A DNA stretch of 64,000 nucleotides from a virus. A program made the translations under genes and the position numbers. The stretch's first letter is position 1; each line of letters begins with the position of its first letter. Location: positions 1 to 64,000 of the IMG/VR virus record IMGVR_UViG_3300030090_005562. The stretch is one strand, 5' to 3'. This document shows positions 39,049-48,000 of the stretch, piece by piece. A model generated the notes under the pieces. That model made no database searches. It was not told where the DNA came from and was given only the letters and a program-made list of their open reading frames with translations.

Positions 39049-39743
39049 TCTCTGGAGGAGATGGAAAATTCGCCAAACAGCTTTTTTCCTGCGGCTGCGA
39101 TATTTTTGAGATAAGCAAGCCGTCTAGAAAAAATATGAATATATCAAGCCCACGCGATATTTACTCAAACATAGTTAGGTTTAATCCCGATTATTTCATT
39201 CACGCTGCCGCTATGACGCGACCCATGAAAAACCATGAGATAGCCCCCATGAAAAGCATGAAAATAAATATTGAGGGAACATGCAATGTCGTAGAGGCTT
39301 GTTGCACTACTGGCATAAAGCTTATATACATATCAACAGACTATGTATATCCAGGTAGAGATGGAAATTATTCTGAAGATGACGGAGTTCTCCCGTTCAC
39401 TAAATATGGTTGGTCAAAGCTTGGCGGTGAGTGTGCAGTAAAAATGTATGAAAAGTCTTTGATACTTCGTATAGCTATGTGCGAGAAGCCTTTTCCTCAT
39501 CCAGCAGCCATGATAGATGTTAAGAAAAGCTCTATTTTTAATGACGATGCAGCAAAAATTACTTTACAATTACTTGATGAAGTTGGTATAATAAATATTG
39601 GAGGACCAAATCAATCCATATACGATTTTGTAAGCTCGCATCAGGACGTAGATTCTATGACTAGAAACAGAGCAGATTCCAGCATGATGCCAGACGTTAG
39701 CATGAACACGGAGAAACTAGATGAGATTTCACGAAGACGATAG
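39030..39743 (+). CDS. rmlD: dTDP-4-dehydrorhamnose reductase-like
   Basis: GGDGKF, HAAAMT, ISTDYVY, YGWSKLGGE. Confidence 0.8.
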   Translation: MRKKILISGGDGKFAKQLFSCGCDIFEISKPSRKNMNISSPRDIYSNIVRFNPDYFIHAAAMTRPMKNHEIAPMKSMKINIEGTCNVVEACCTTGIKLIYISTDYVYPGRDGNYSEDDGVLPFTKYGWSKLGGECAVKMYEKSLILRIAMCEKPFPHPAAMIDVKKSSIFNDDAAKITLQLLDEVGIINIGGPNQSIYDFVSSHQDVDSMTRNRADSSMMPDVSMNTEKLDEISRRR

Positions 39744-40104
39744 AGCGCAAAGATTTTGCGATATTTTTCCAGAGGCAGGTGGACAAACTATGGTCTCAAG
39801 GATAAGAGCTCCTGGTCATGTTGTTGCTTGGCACAGACATAAAATACAAAATGATTACTGGTGCTGCTTGCAAGGCTCTTTTAAAGTTGGATTGGCAAAA
39901 GAAAATGGAGATTTTGAGTTTGTATATCTATCCGAAAGAAACCCAAGGACAATACACATACCTCCTGGGATATATCATGGCTACATGGCGTTAGAGCCAA
40001 ACTCCATTCTGCTATATTATATGGACCAGCCTTACGACCCATCAGACGAATACAGGGCCGAAGTAGGGCATTTTGGAGATGAATGGAGCATACCCAACAA
40101 ATGA
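39721..40104 (+). CDS. rmlC: dTDP-4-dehydrorhamnose 3,5-epimerase-like cupin
   Basis: HEDDR, AWHRH, IPPGIYHGY, LYY...YDP..E. Confidence 0.75.
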   Translation: MRFHEDDRAQRFCDIFPEAGGQTMVSRIRAPGHVVAWHRHKIQNDYWCCLQGSFKVGLAKENGDFEFVYLSERNPRTIHIPPGIYHGYMALEPNSILLYYMDQPYDPSDEYRAEVGHFGDEWSIPNK

Positions 40105-41111
40105 GACTTTGGTTTAATTCAAAAAAACATAGGCTGTTTAATATAAACAACTATAAAATAGACACAGGCAAATTTAAAAATCTGCTACATGATTTTGAAG
40201 ATGAGCTTGAGGAAAAGTTTGCTAATTACGTTGGTGCTAAGTATGCTTGTATCGCTAATAGCGCAAGCAGTTTATTGGAGTTATGTCTGGCACAATTTGT
40301 TAATAATTGCCCTCATCATTTTTTAGAAGTTTATAAATTACAGCTTCCCAGTATGATACCGATAGCTGTTTCAAATATAGTTCAAAACTCACACATGCCA
40401 GCAGTTTGGAAAGATGACGTTGATTGGGTCGGAAGCTCTTATGTACTATATGACACAGAGAAGGTTTTATCAAGATTTAAAAATAGCATACATCCATATA
40501 AGATAATAGACTCGGCGCAGGAGGTAAGAAGAAATCAATTTAAAGAAGACGCTAAAGATAATGATTTAATGATTTTTAGTCTATACCCAACAAAGCCTGT
40601 GGGTGGGATTGATGGCGGAGTAATGGTGTCTAATAATAAAGATACCATAGATTACTATAGGTCAATAACTCACCTTGGAGTTTCTTCTGTCAGTAAAAAT
40701 AGCTGGGAAAGAGTTCTAAAATTTTCGGGATGGAAAATGCACCCAAACAGTGTTCAGTGTTATGTTGCAATAAAAAATCTTGAAAAATTAGAATATAAAA
40801 ATCAAAGGCTAGACGATATAAAAAAACAGTATAATGAAGCTTTTGAGCTAAATAACAACAGCAGGCACCTGTATAGAATTGAGGTGAACGGTGGCAGAAA
40901 AGCATTTACAGAAAAAATGTCGTCTCTAGGTATAGAAACCGGGTTTCATTACGGACCCGCTCACTTAAACCCTTTCTACAATATAGAAATGAACGCACCA
41001 ATGACAGAGACCTTACAAGCATCTACAAGGACAGTAAGCATACCCTTTAATGAAAAATTATCAAATAAAGACGTTAAGTTTATAATAGACAAGGTTAATA
41101 AATACAAATGA
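40101..41111 (+). CDS. DegT/DnrJ/EryC1 PLP-dependent sugar aminotransferase
   Basis: ANSAS, DSAQ, FSLYPTK...DGG, HLY, GFHY, SIP. Confidence 0.88.
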   Translation: MRLWFNSKKHRLFNINNYKIDTGKFKNLLHDFEDELEEKFANYVGAKYACIANSASSLLELCLAQFVNNCPHHFLEVYKLQLPSMIPIAVSNIVQNSHMPAVWKDDVDWVGSSYVLYDTEKVLSRFKNSIHPYKIIDSAQEVRRNQFKEDAKDNDLMIFSLYPTKPVGGIDGGVMVSNNKDTIDYYRSITHLGVSSVSKNSWERVLKFSGWKMHPNSVQCYVAIKNLEKLEYKNQRLDDIKKQYNEAFELNNNSRHLYRIEVNGGRKAFTEKMSSLGIETGFHYGPAHLNPFYNIEMNAPMTETLQASTRTVSIPFNEKLSNKDVKFIIDKVNKYK

Positions 41112-42022
41112 AGATAATGACAACTGGTGGAAGAGGCTTTATTGGAAGCCACTTTGTTGAAAAGGTTCTGCAATTTAAGAATGTTTCATCGGTAATAGAT
41201 TACGACTGCATGACCTATGCGGCAAGCAAATCTTTGCCCTTTGACGATAATCCTAAATATGAGCATGTAAATGAAAATATACAAGACATACAAAGACTTC
41301 CTCCGAATATAGACTATATCATTAATTTTGCCGCAGAGAGCCATGTAGATAATTCCATAGCTTCTCCAACAATATTTATCGAAAGCAATGTGCTTGGCGT
41401 CTACAATTTGTTAGAGCTTATACGAGGAAAGGTATACTCTAGACCTCAGTTTATACACATCAGCACAGATGAAGTTTACGGTGATGCAGATGACGGGGAT
41501 AGTCATTTTGACGAGGACCATAAGCTAACTCCAAGCAACCCATACGCTGGTTCCAAAGCCGCAGCTGAAATGATGATTATGTCATATGGAAGAACATTTG
41601 GAATAGATTATAAAATTACAAGAAGCACAAACAATTATGGTCCAAGGCAATATCCTGAAAAGTTAATACCTAAGTGCATAGATTCAATTCAGTCTGGCAA
41701 AAAAATACCGCTACATGGAAATGGTAGCTACGTTAGAGATTGGATTCATGTCAAAGATAATGTTGATGGAATCTGGTATGTTATTGAGTATGGGGAAAAT
41801 AGAAACGTATACAACATAAGCGGCGACAACCCCTTATCTAATATTGAGGTCGTTAAGCAAGTTTGTTCTTGGTTTGGAATAGAAGACTACGAAAGTCATG
41901 TTGAGTTTGTAGAAAACAGGCTAGGGCAAGACGCAAGATATTCAATCAATAGTAGGAAAGCAGAAGACTTGGGGTGGTCAAGAAAATTTGAAAAAGGATT
42001 AAATAATTATGTTGAACATTAA
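41108..42022 (+). CDS. rmlB: dTDP-glucose 4,6-dehydratase
   Basis: GGRGFIG, NFAAESHVD, HISTDEVYG, PYAGSKA, NNYGPRQYPEKLIP, VRDWIHV. Confidence 0.93.
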   Translation: MKIMTTGGRGFIGSHFVEKVLQFKNVSSVIDYDCMTYAASKSLPFDDNPKYEHVNENIQDIQRLPPNIDYIINFAAESHVDNSIASPTIFIESNVLGVYNLLELIRGKVYSRPQFIHISTDEVYGDADDGDSHFDEDHKLTPSNPYAGSKAAAEMMIMSYGRTFGIDYKITRSTNNYGPRQYPEKLIPKCIDSIQSGKKIPLHGNGSYVRDWIHVKDNVDGIWYVIEYGENRNVYNISGDNPLSNIEVVKQVCSWFGIEDYESHVEFVENRLGQDARYSINSRKAEDLGWSRKFEKGLNNYVEH

Positions 42023-42392
42023 TAAAGACGATAGAGGTAGGCTAATATCCATGAATGATTTAATTTCTAGCATACCATTCACGGTTAAGAGGTTCATGGA
42101 CATCAGTGGAGTTCCTAATGGGCAGACAAGAGGATATCACGCACATAAAACTAATGAACAGTTGCTGCTTTGCTTTAAGGGTCGAGTGGTGGTTAGGACA
42201 GTGCTGAAAAACTCTGCGGGAGAGCTTGTAGAACAGTCACACGAACTTAATGAGGGCGACTTTTTACACACACCTGCCATGACATGGGGCGAACAAACTT
42301 ACTATGACGATGCGATTCTGCACGTTCTTTGCTCTAAAAAATATGATGAGGATGATTATGTCAGAGACTATGAAGAATTTAAAGAACTTTAG
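42009..42392 (+). CDS. FdtA/QdtA-type sugar 3,4-ketoisomerase (cupin)
   Basis: DDRGRL, PFTVKR, RGYHAHK, YDEDDYVRDY. Confidence 0.88.
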   Translation: MLNINKDDRGRLISMNDLISSIPFTVKRFMDISGVPNGQTRGYHAHKTNEQLLLCFKGRVVVRTVLKNSAGELVEQSHELNEGDFLHTPAMTWGEQTYYDDAILHVLCSKKYDEDDYVRDYEEFKEL

Positions 42393-42843
42393 TGTTCTGG
42401 TTCCAAATACTGGAGCCAATCAAATATCATTTTGTCTTATAAATCAGGTGAATAGACTCTTTGACGTTCATCCAGAAATAGACGTTATGATATTTTACGA
42501 AAACATGCACAAGAATTGCATTCCCACTAACTTCGCCTGCATGGAAATATCTAGCGCGTTTAATCACAAAGGGCCTATGATAGCGACCACAGTTTCAACC
42601 GCTAGAAAATTAATTTCTTTTGCGTCTGAAAAAAAGTTTTTCTATGTTTGGGATTTATCGTGGGTGAGAAATTCTAGAGGCACACAGCAATACGAAGCAT
42701 ACAAAGATGTTTATTTAAATAAATCGCTTGAACTGATAGCTAGAAGTGAAAGTCACAAACAGGCTATAGAAAGCTGCTTCAATAGAGAGGTTAAGCATGT
42801 AATATCAGATTTCAAAATTGAAGATATACTGGAGATACTATGA
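42370..42843 (+). CDS. Hypothetical protein, possibly GT-B N-terminal-like
   Basis: Closes the glycan island, YVWDL...ARS motif. Start uncertain (42304 or 42370). Confidence 0.5.
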   Translation: MKNLKNFSVLVPNTGANQISFCLINQVNRLFDVHPEIDVMIFYENMHKNCIPTNFACMEISSAFNHKGPMIATTVSTARKLISFASEKKFFYVWDLSWVRNSRGTQQYEAYKDVYLNKSLELIARSESHKQAIESCFNREVKHVISDFKIEDILEIL

Positions 42844-43619
42844 GCAAACTAAATGATAAAAAGTGGTGCAATAAACAATATTGGACCCTAGAGAGAAGTG
42901 TCGGAGACATAGCCCAGGAACTGGGAACTTATCCCAATAAAGTACGCAGGGCTTTAAAATCGCACGGTATTAAACTAAGAGACAAGGGGTCCGCACAGGC
43001 AGTGGCTTTAAAAAAGGGCCGCAGCAGCCATCCTACGAAAGATAAGGGGCACTCTGAGGAGTCTAAGATTAAAATTTCAGAATCGGTTGCTCAAAACTGG
43101 GAAAACTTGTCGGAAGAAGAGCTTGAAAGCAGGAGAGAATCAGCCAGAAAACAGTGGGCTAATATGTCTGAGGAAGACAGAATGAAGCTTAGAGAGGCGG
43201 CTGTTCCTGGTATAAAAAAGGCCTCTCAGGAAGGCTCTAAATTAGAAAAATACATTAGAGATAAATTGACAAAAGAAAGCTATGTGATAGAATATCATAA
43301 GAAGGGGATTGTGCCTAATGCTAATCTTGAGGTAGATATATATTTACCAGAGTTAGGCACAGCCATAGAGATAGACGGACCATCTCATTTTTTACCAATA
43401 TGGGGAGATGAGGCTTTAAGGAAAACAATAAAGTCTGACAATGAAAAAAACGGACTTCTTAGATATCATGGGATAATGGTTCTTAGGGTGGCGCAGAAGA
43501 AAAAGACGCTATCTCAAAAGGCTATGAGAGATACATGGAATAGTATTAAAAAAGAGCTTGAAGTTATATCTGTAAAGATGCCAACAAAATCAGAAAGATT
43601 CAAAGAAATAGAGGTTTAA
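42840..43619 (+). CDS. Endonuclease with HTH + NUMOD3-like + DUF559/Vsr domain
   Basis: DIAQELGTYPNKVRR (HTH), HSEESKIKISES (NUMOD3), EVDIY...IEIDGPSH...D.EKN...LRV. Confidence 0.78.
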   Translation: MSKLNDKKWCNKQYWTLERSVGDIAQELGTYPNKVRRALKSHGIKLRDKGSAQAVALKKGRSSHPTKDKGHSEESKIKISESVAQNWENLSEEELESRRESARKQWANMSEEDRMKLREAAVPGIKKASQEGSKLEKYIRDKLTKESYVIEYHKKGIVPNANLEVDIYLPELGTAIEIDGPSHFLPIWGDEALRKTIKSDNEKNGLLRYHGIMVLRVAQKKKTLSQKAMRDTWNSIKKELEVISVKMPTKSERFKEIEV

Positions 43620-43622
43620 TTT

Positions 43623-44555
43623 ATGACTACCAAACACGGATACGAAGATGTAAGCGTGAAGGATATCAGAGAAGAACTTAGGTCTTTAGGAGTAGAAGAT
43701 GAAAGTCTTTTGTCTCAAAGCAAAAAGCCTCTAGTTGAACTTCTTCTAAAAACTAAACAGGAAGACGACATACTGTTTGATAGCGATGAGTCTGACATTC
43801 TGTCTGCGGTTGATTCAGAAGCTTTGAGCGACGAGTCTTTTTTGGCTCAACCCGCATTTAATAGCGAGAACTGGTCGGAGTGGGTGCTGTCTCAATTTGC
43901 GGATGATGAATTGGAAAACGGCGCTCCAACCTGTGATGGCCTTCGTAGAGTTGCAGAAGATGTGCTTGGCCCAATAGCTAAAGTAGAGGTCATAAAAAAT
44001 GACACTCCAGCCGTATCTAATAAAGGAAATGCAACGGTTGTTGTAGGTATCACGATTGAGCCAGTCTTACTTGAAGGTCATCCAAGGCAAGGCAAATCAA
44101 TATATGTTGAAGATTTGGCAGATGCAAATAAACTTAATACGCCCGAGGAAATATTTAAACACCCTTCGGCTACTGCTGGCACTAGAGCCGAGTCTAGAGC
44201 GTACAGAAAAATGCTTAGGCTTAGAAAAGTTCTAACGGCAGAAGAGCTTGCCTCAAACACGCACACGGAGGAAGATTGGGCTCCATCAACTCCAATTACA
44301 GACCAGCAGATTACTGTGATAGACATGCTGTGCCAAAGAACAAATATTGATGTAGTAGACTTTATCAATTGTGGGGATGCTAAGTATGTCTGCATTGAGC
44401 AGGTTTCGGAGCAGTCTGCACAAAAGATGCTTCAGTATTTAAATAGAATTCAAAGAAAAGACGCCGAAAGACCTGATGGCGTAGAAACATACGACGAAAA
44501 CTGGAAGGTAAAAAACAATGACACAAGAGAAGAGAATTTTAGCAAAGGAGTATAG
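43623..44555 (+). CDS. Rad52/Sak-like single-strand annealing protein
   Basis: GLRRVA, ATVVV.I, ATAGTRAESRAYRKML...TAEEL, plus C-terminal ITDQQ helical domain. Confidence 0.55.
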   Translation: MTTKHGYEDVSVKDIREELRSLGVEDESLLSQSKKPLVELLLKTKQEDDILFDSDESDILSAVDSEALSDESFLAQPAFNSENWSEWVLSQFADDELENGAPTCDGLRRVAEDVLGPIAKVEVIKNDTPAVSNKGNATVVVGITIEPVLLEGHPRQGKSIYVEDLADANKLNTPEEIFKHPSATAGTRAESRAYRKMLRLRKVLTAEELASNTHTEEDWAPSTPITDQQITVIDMLCQRTNIDVVDFINCGDAKYVCIEQVSEQSAQKMLQYLNRIQRKDAERPDGVETYDENWKVKNNDTREENFSKGV

Positions 44556-45069
44556 GATATATAAGCCTAACTCTAAAGGAAGCGGTGCGGCTTCCAAGTT
44601 TCAATGTAGAACTAAGTGGAAGACTGTAGACGGGGTTGATTATGCAGACTTAATACTGTTTTTAGAAACTGCTCAACAAACTGGGTACGACTCTAATAAT
44701 AACGCATCGTTTGCTTGGTCTTCAGGAGATAAAAACAAAGACAAGTCTGTTACAATGAAATTGGGTCTTCCTGATATAGGAGAGATACTTTTGGTGTTGA
44801 AAGGAAGAAAGAAGTTCGTTGGACCAGAGCCAAAACAGGGAAGAAGTGTTGAGCCTGGGCTTTATCATCAGAAAAAGAACGGCAACACTAGCCTTAGACT
44901 AAAGTGGAGCGAGGGTAGGCTGTATTTAAACCTTTCTTCACAAGATGCAAAGAAAAATGTAACCAAGGTTTCTCATAGCATAACTTCCGCAGAGGCGGCG
45001 GTTCTTGAGTCTCTACTTGACCATTTTATAGTTGAGTATCATGGCTGGGCTTACTCTAATAAGACGTAG
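44518..45069 (+). CDS. Whirly/PC4-like ssDNA-binding protein
   Basis: IYK, KLGLPDIGEIL, LYH, YLNLS, ITSAEAAVL...GW match the Whirly-fold pattern. Confidence 0.55.
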   Translation: MTQEKRILAKEYRIYKPNSKGSGAASKFQCRTKWKTVDGVDYADLILFLETAQQTGYDSNNNASFAWSSGDKNKDKSVTMKLGLPDIGEILLVLKGRKKFVGPEPKQGRSVEPGLYHQKKNGNTSLRLKWSEGRLYLNLSSQDAKKNVTKVSHSITSAEAAVLESLLDHFIVEYHGWAYSNKT

Positions 45070-48000
45070 TGGTTGTTCCACCGTCATCGCTTGATGTGGT
45101 TGTTGTGGTGGATGAGGTTGTTGTTGTTGTTGTTGAGGTTGACGACGCTCCTCCTCCTCCTCCGCCATCAGAGCCATAGTCTCCCATAAAAATCGTCTCT
45201 CCTAAGACTAGCCCTTGTGGCATATAATATGTCTTGCCACTAATTTCAACCTTATCCGCTCTATGAACAGGAGAATTTATCTTTGCAGTTTCTTCGTTCT
45301 CAAAAACTGGATAATGCCCCTCGACCACATTTGATTGAGTAGACGTATCTACTGTATTTGCCTCTCTATCTCCAGCATCAAAATTTTGCCCAACACAAGC
45401 AGCTAGCCCTTTGGCGCAGCTTCTTCCCTTTCCTTCGTTATAATCAGCGTGATGAATCTGAAGCATCTTTTGTTTTTCTGCAACATTATCCCAAACTTTT
45501 ACTAAATCAATCTCTGCGTTATTTAATGGATTGGTAGCGCCCTGGAATTTATTTACACCTATTGCAAATTCTGCGCCAGCAGCGGCGGAAAAAGCCCTGT
45601 CGTGCTTTCCATCAACGGGCTGAATATGTACTATTGTGTCCTGCCCCTGATGTTCCACAAGGCCGATTATACCGTTTTTCCCTTGGCCTCCCTCCGCTTC
45701 ATTCGCTTCTTTGTCGTTAGCATTATGCCAGAAGAAATAATGCGTCCACTCATCACTTGCATCAATGCTACCGTATTGAGTACCCCCCTGTTTCTCTGGA
45801 ACACTAATATACTCAGTCCCTGAATCCCCTTCACTTGAAACAACAAAAATAAGCTTGCCGTTTTTATAGAACACTCCCCACCCGCCAAGTGTTTGGGGGT
45901 ATTCGCCATTCTGACCCATTCCGTAACAATGCGTTACAACACCCTCCATTTTGCCGGATGGCGCTCCTGTTTTTTTAAACCAAAATGATACTGCTACTCC
46001 ATAACCATGCTTGTGGGGATAACCATCAATTTGTCTGGCTATAGGAGGACCAACACCTCTTCCCCATGTGCCCCCATGAGACTCGGCCATATTCCAGCAC
46101 AAATTTTCCTCTTGTCCGCTTTTACTTGTGAAGAAAGCAGTTCCGTCAAATTTTGCAGATACATTTGTAAAATCAGAAAAATGGCCGTTGCCGTCTGGAT
46201 ATACGTGATAGCCGCGTGGTGTCTGTGCGCTTCCAAAAGATACCAAATCTTTATTTCCATTTCCAGCAGGAGCGACCCCTCCGTTGACGCCAGTTAGATG
46301 GTGTGGCTGAAGCTCTTGACCTATAGATTCGCATCCTCTGGCCTCAAATTCATAGCAAGCGCATGGAGAAAAATTATTGGCTGGTATGGTTTCTTGTGCT
46401 TGAGCTTGTGGGTTGCAATTTGTTTCCTCTCTATTTTCTTGCTCGCGTATATCTTTTGCTACTAAGTGTGATGGTTTTCCAGGGGTAACATAACTCTTAT
46501 GCAATGTCTTTATAACATATTGGTCTTCTGGAGAAAAGCTTGTGGGAGACGACTCTAGTATTTGATTTTTAAACTGATAGAATATACTGTCTGTGGCATC
46601 TCTTCCGTCGCAATATTTTTCTACGTCTTGACCCATTCCTAATACTTGAGTCAACTCTTCCATTGTGACGCTTTTTCTTCGAACCGGATGTTCGACCGGA
46701 CTAGGGTCATTGTTTCCTACCCAAACAAAGCCAGACTTAATAAATTTATTTGCATCAGCTCCAGGAGCGTAAAGCTGTCGATAGAACCCCGCAGTTCCCG
46801 CAGGCATACCGGGTGATTGGCCAAGGGCATTTTGAAATATTTCATTAAATTTTTCAACTTCAGAAAATATTACAATTATAGCGCCATTAAAAAGACTTAC
46901 GGTTCCAGTGGTATAAACTAAAGTTGGGCCCTCACCGCCCTTACTCATCAGCTCATTTAATTTGCTTATAGTTGTCTTCAAAGTTTGAACGTCTTCAGCT
47001 ATTGCGTTAATTTCGTTTCCGTCGTCGTCATACCAAAGAGCTTTTACTGGTACGTTTGTTTTCTTAAATCTTCTTACAGGTGCTGCCGCACCTTCTAATT
47101 CTGTACCCCCACAAACAGTTTGAAAATGAGGAAGCTCATTGTCTATTAGGGCTGGTTCTGGCGGTATTCCAGCTCCAAGCTCATTTGTACCACAGGCTTC
47201 TTCAATACAAACTTCAAATTTTTCATCTATACATCCTCTTATTGAGCCATAGCTATTTGGTCCACCAGTTCCTTCCCCTGCTCCAATAGTATTTCCCTCA
47301 TCATCAACAGGGTCCGCTGCCACGCTAGGAGGTATGTTTCCCGCGTTGTCTCCAACTAATTCATCGCAGCATTCTGGGCCGACAACACGTAATCTTAAAA
47401 ATTCAAACGAGCTTGCCTGCACTCTTTCAGTGATGTTATGATGATTCAATATTTGATTGCTAGGCACCCAATTAGTAATTCCATCAGAAATATCATTATC
47501 TGTGCTTGTCGCATAAAGTCTAGATGTTCCTTTTGCTGGGTCTACCTCTGGTCCTTGAACAGCGTTTTGGTCATAAGAAAACTCTGGACCGTAAAGATAC
47601 CAAGTTCCACCTTCATGAGCAACTCTGTAAGAGCCTCCGTCCCGCTTATTCCATGGAGAGCCCTTGCCGTTTGGGTTGTTTGTTTTATCGTCGCATGGAG
47701 AAGAAAGTTTTTTTGTGGAGCCACAAGCTACGCCGCCAACCTGTAAGCCGCCGCATTCATTTAAAGCCTGAAAAACCCATTGCACACCAGCATAAGTCCC
47801 CACCCAACTACTGGCGTTATCTGAATTAGCAATGATGCTTAGTGTTACGGGTCCCGAAGCCTCGCCAAAATTATGCTGTAAAACCACTGGGTCTTCCGCA
47901 CCCGGCAAAATAGTAACCTCTTCAACAGTTATATTTGTTTCCCCAGGTCTCTCCCATATTTTTGGTGTGACAATAGCTCCAGAAGCTGTTCTAGGCTCTA

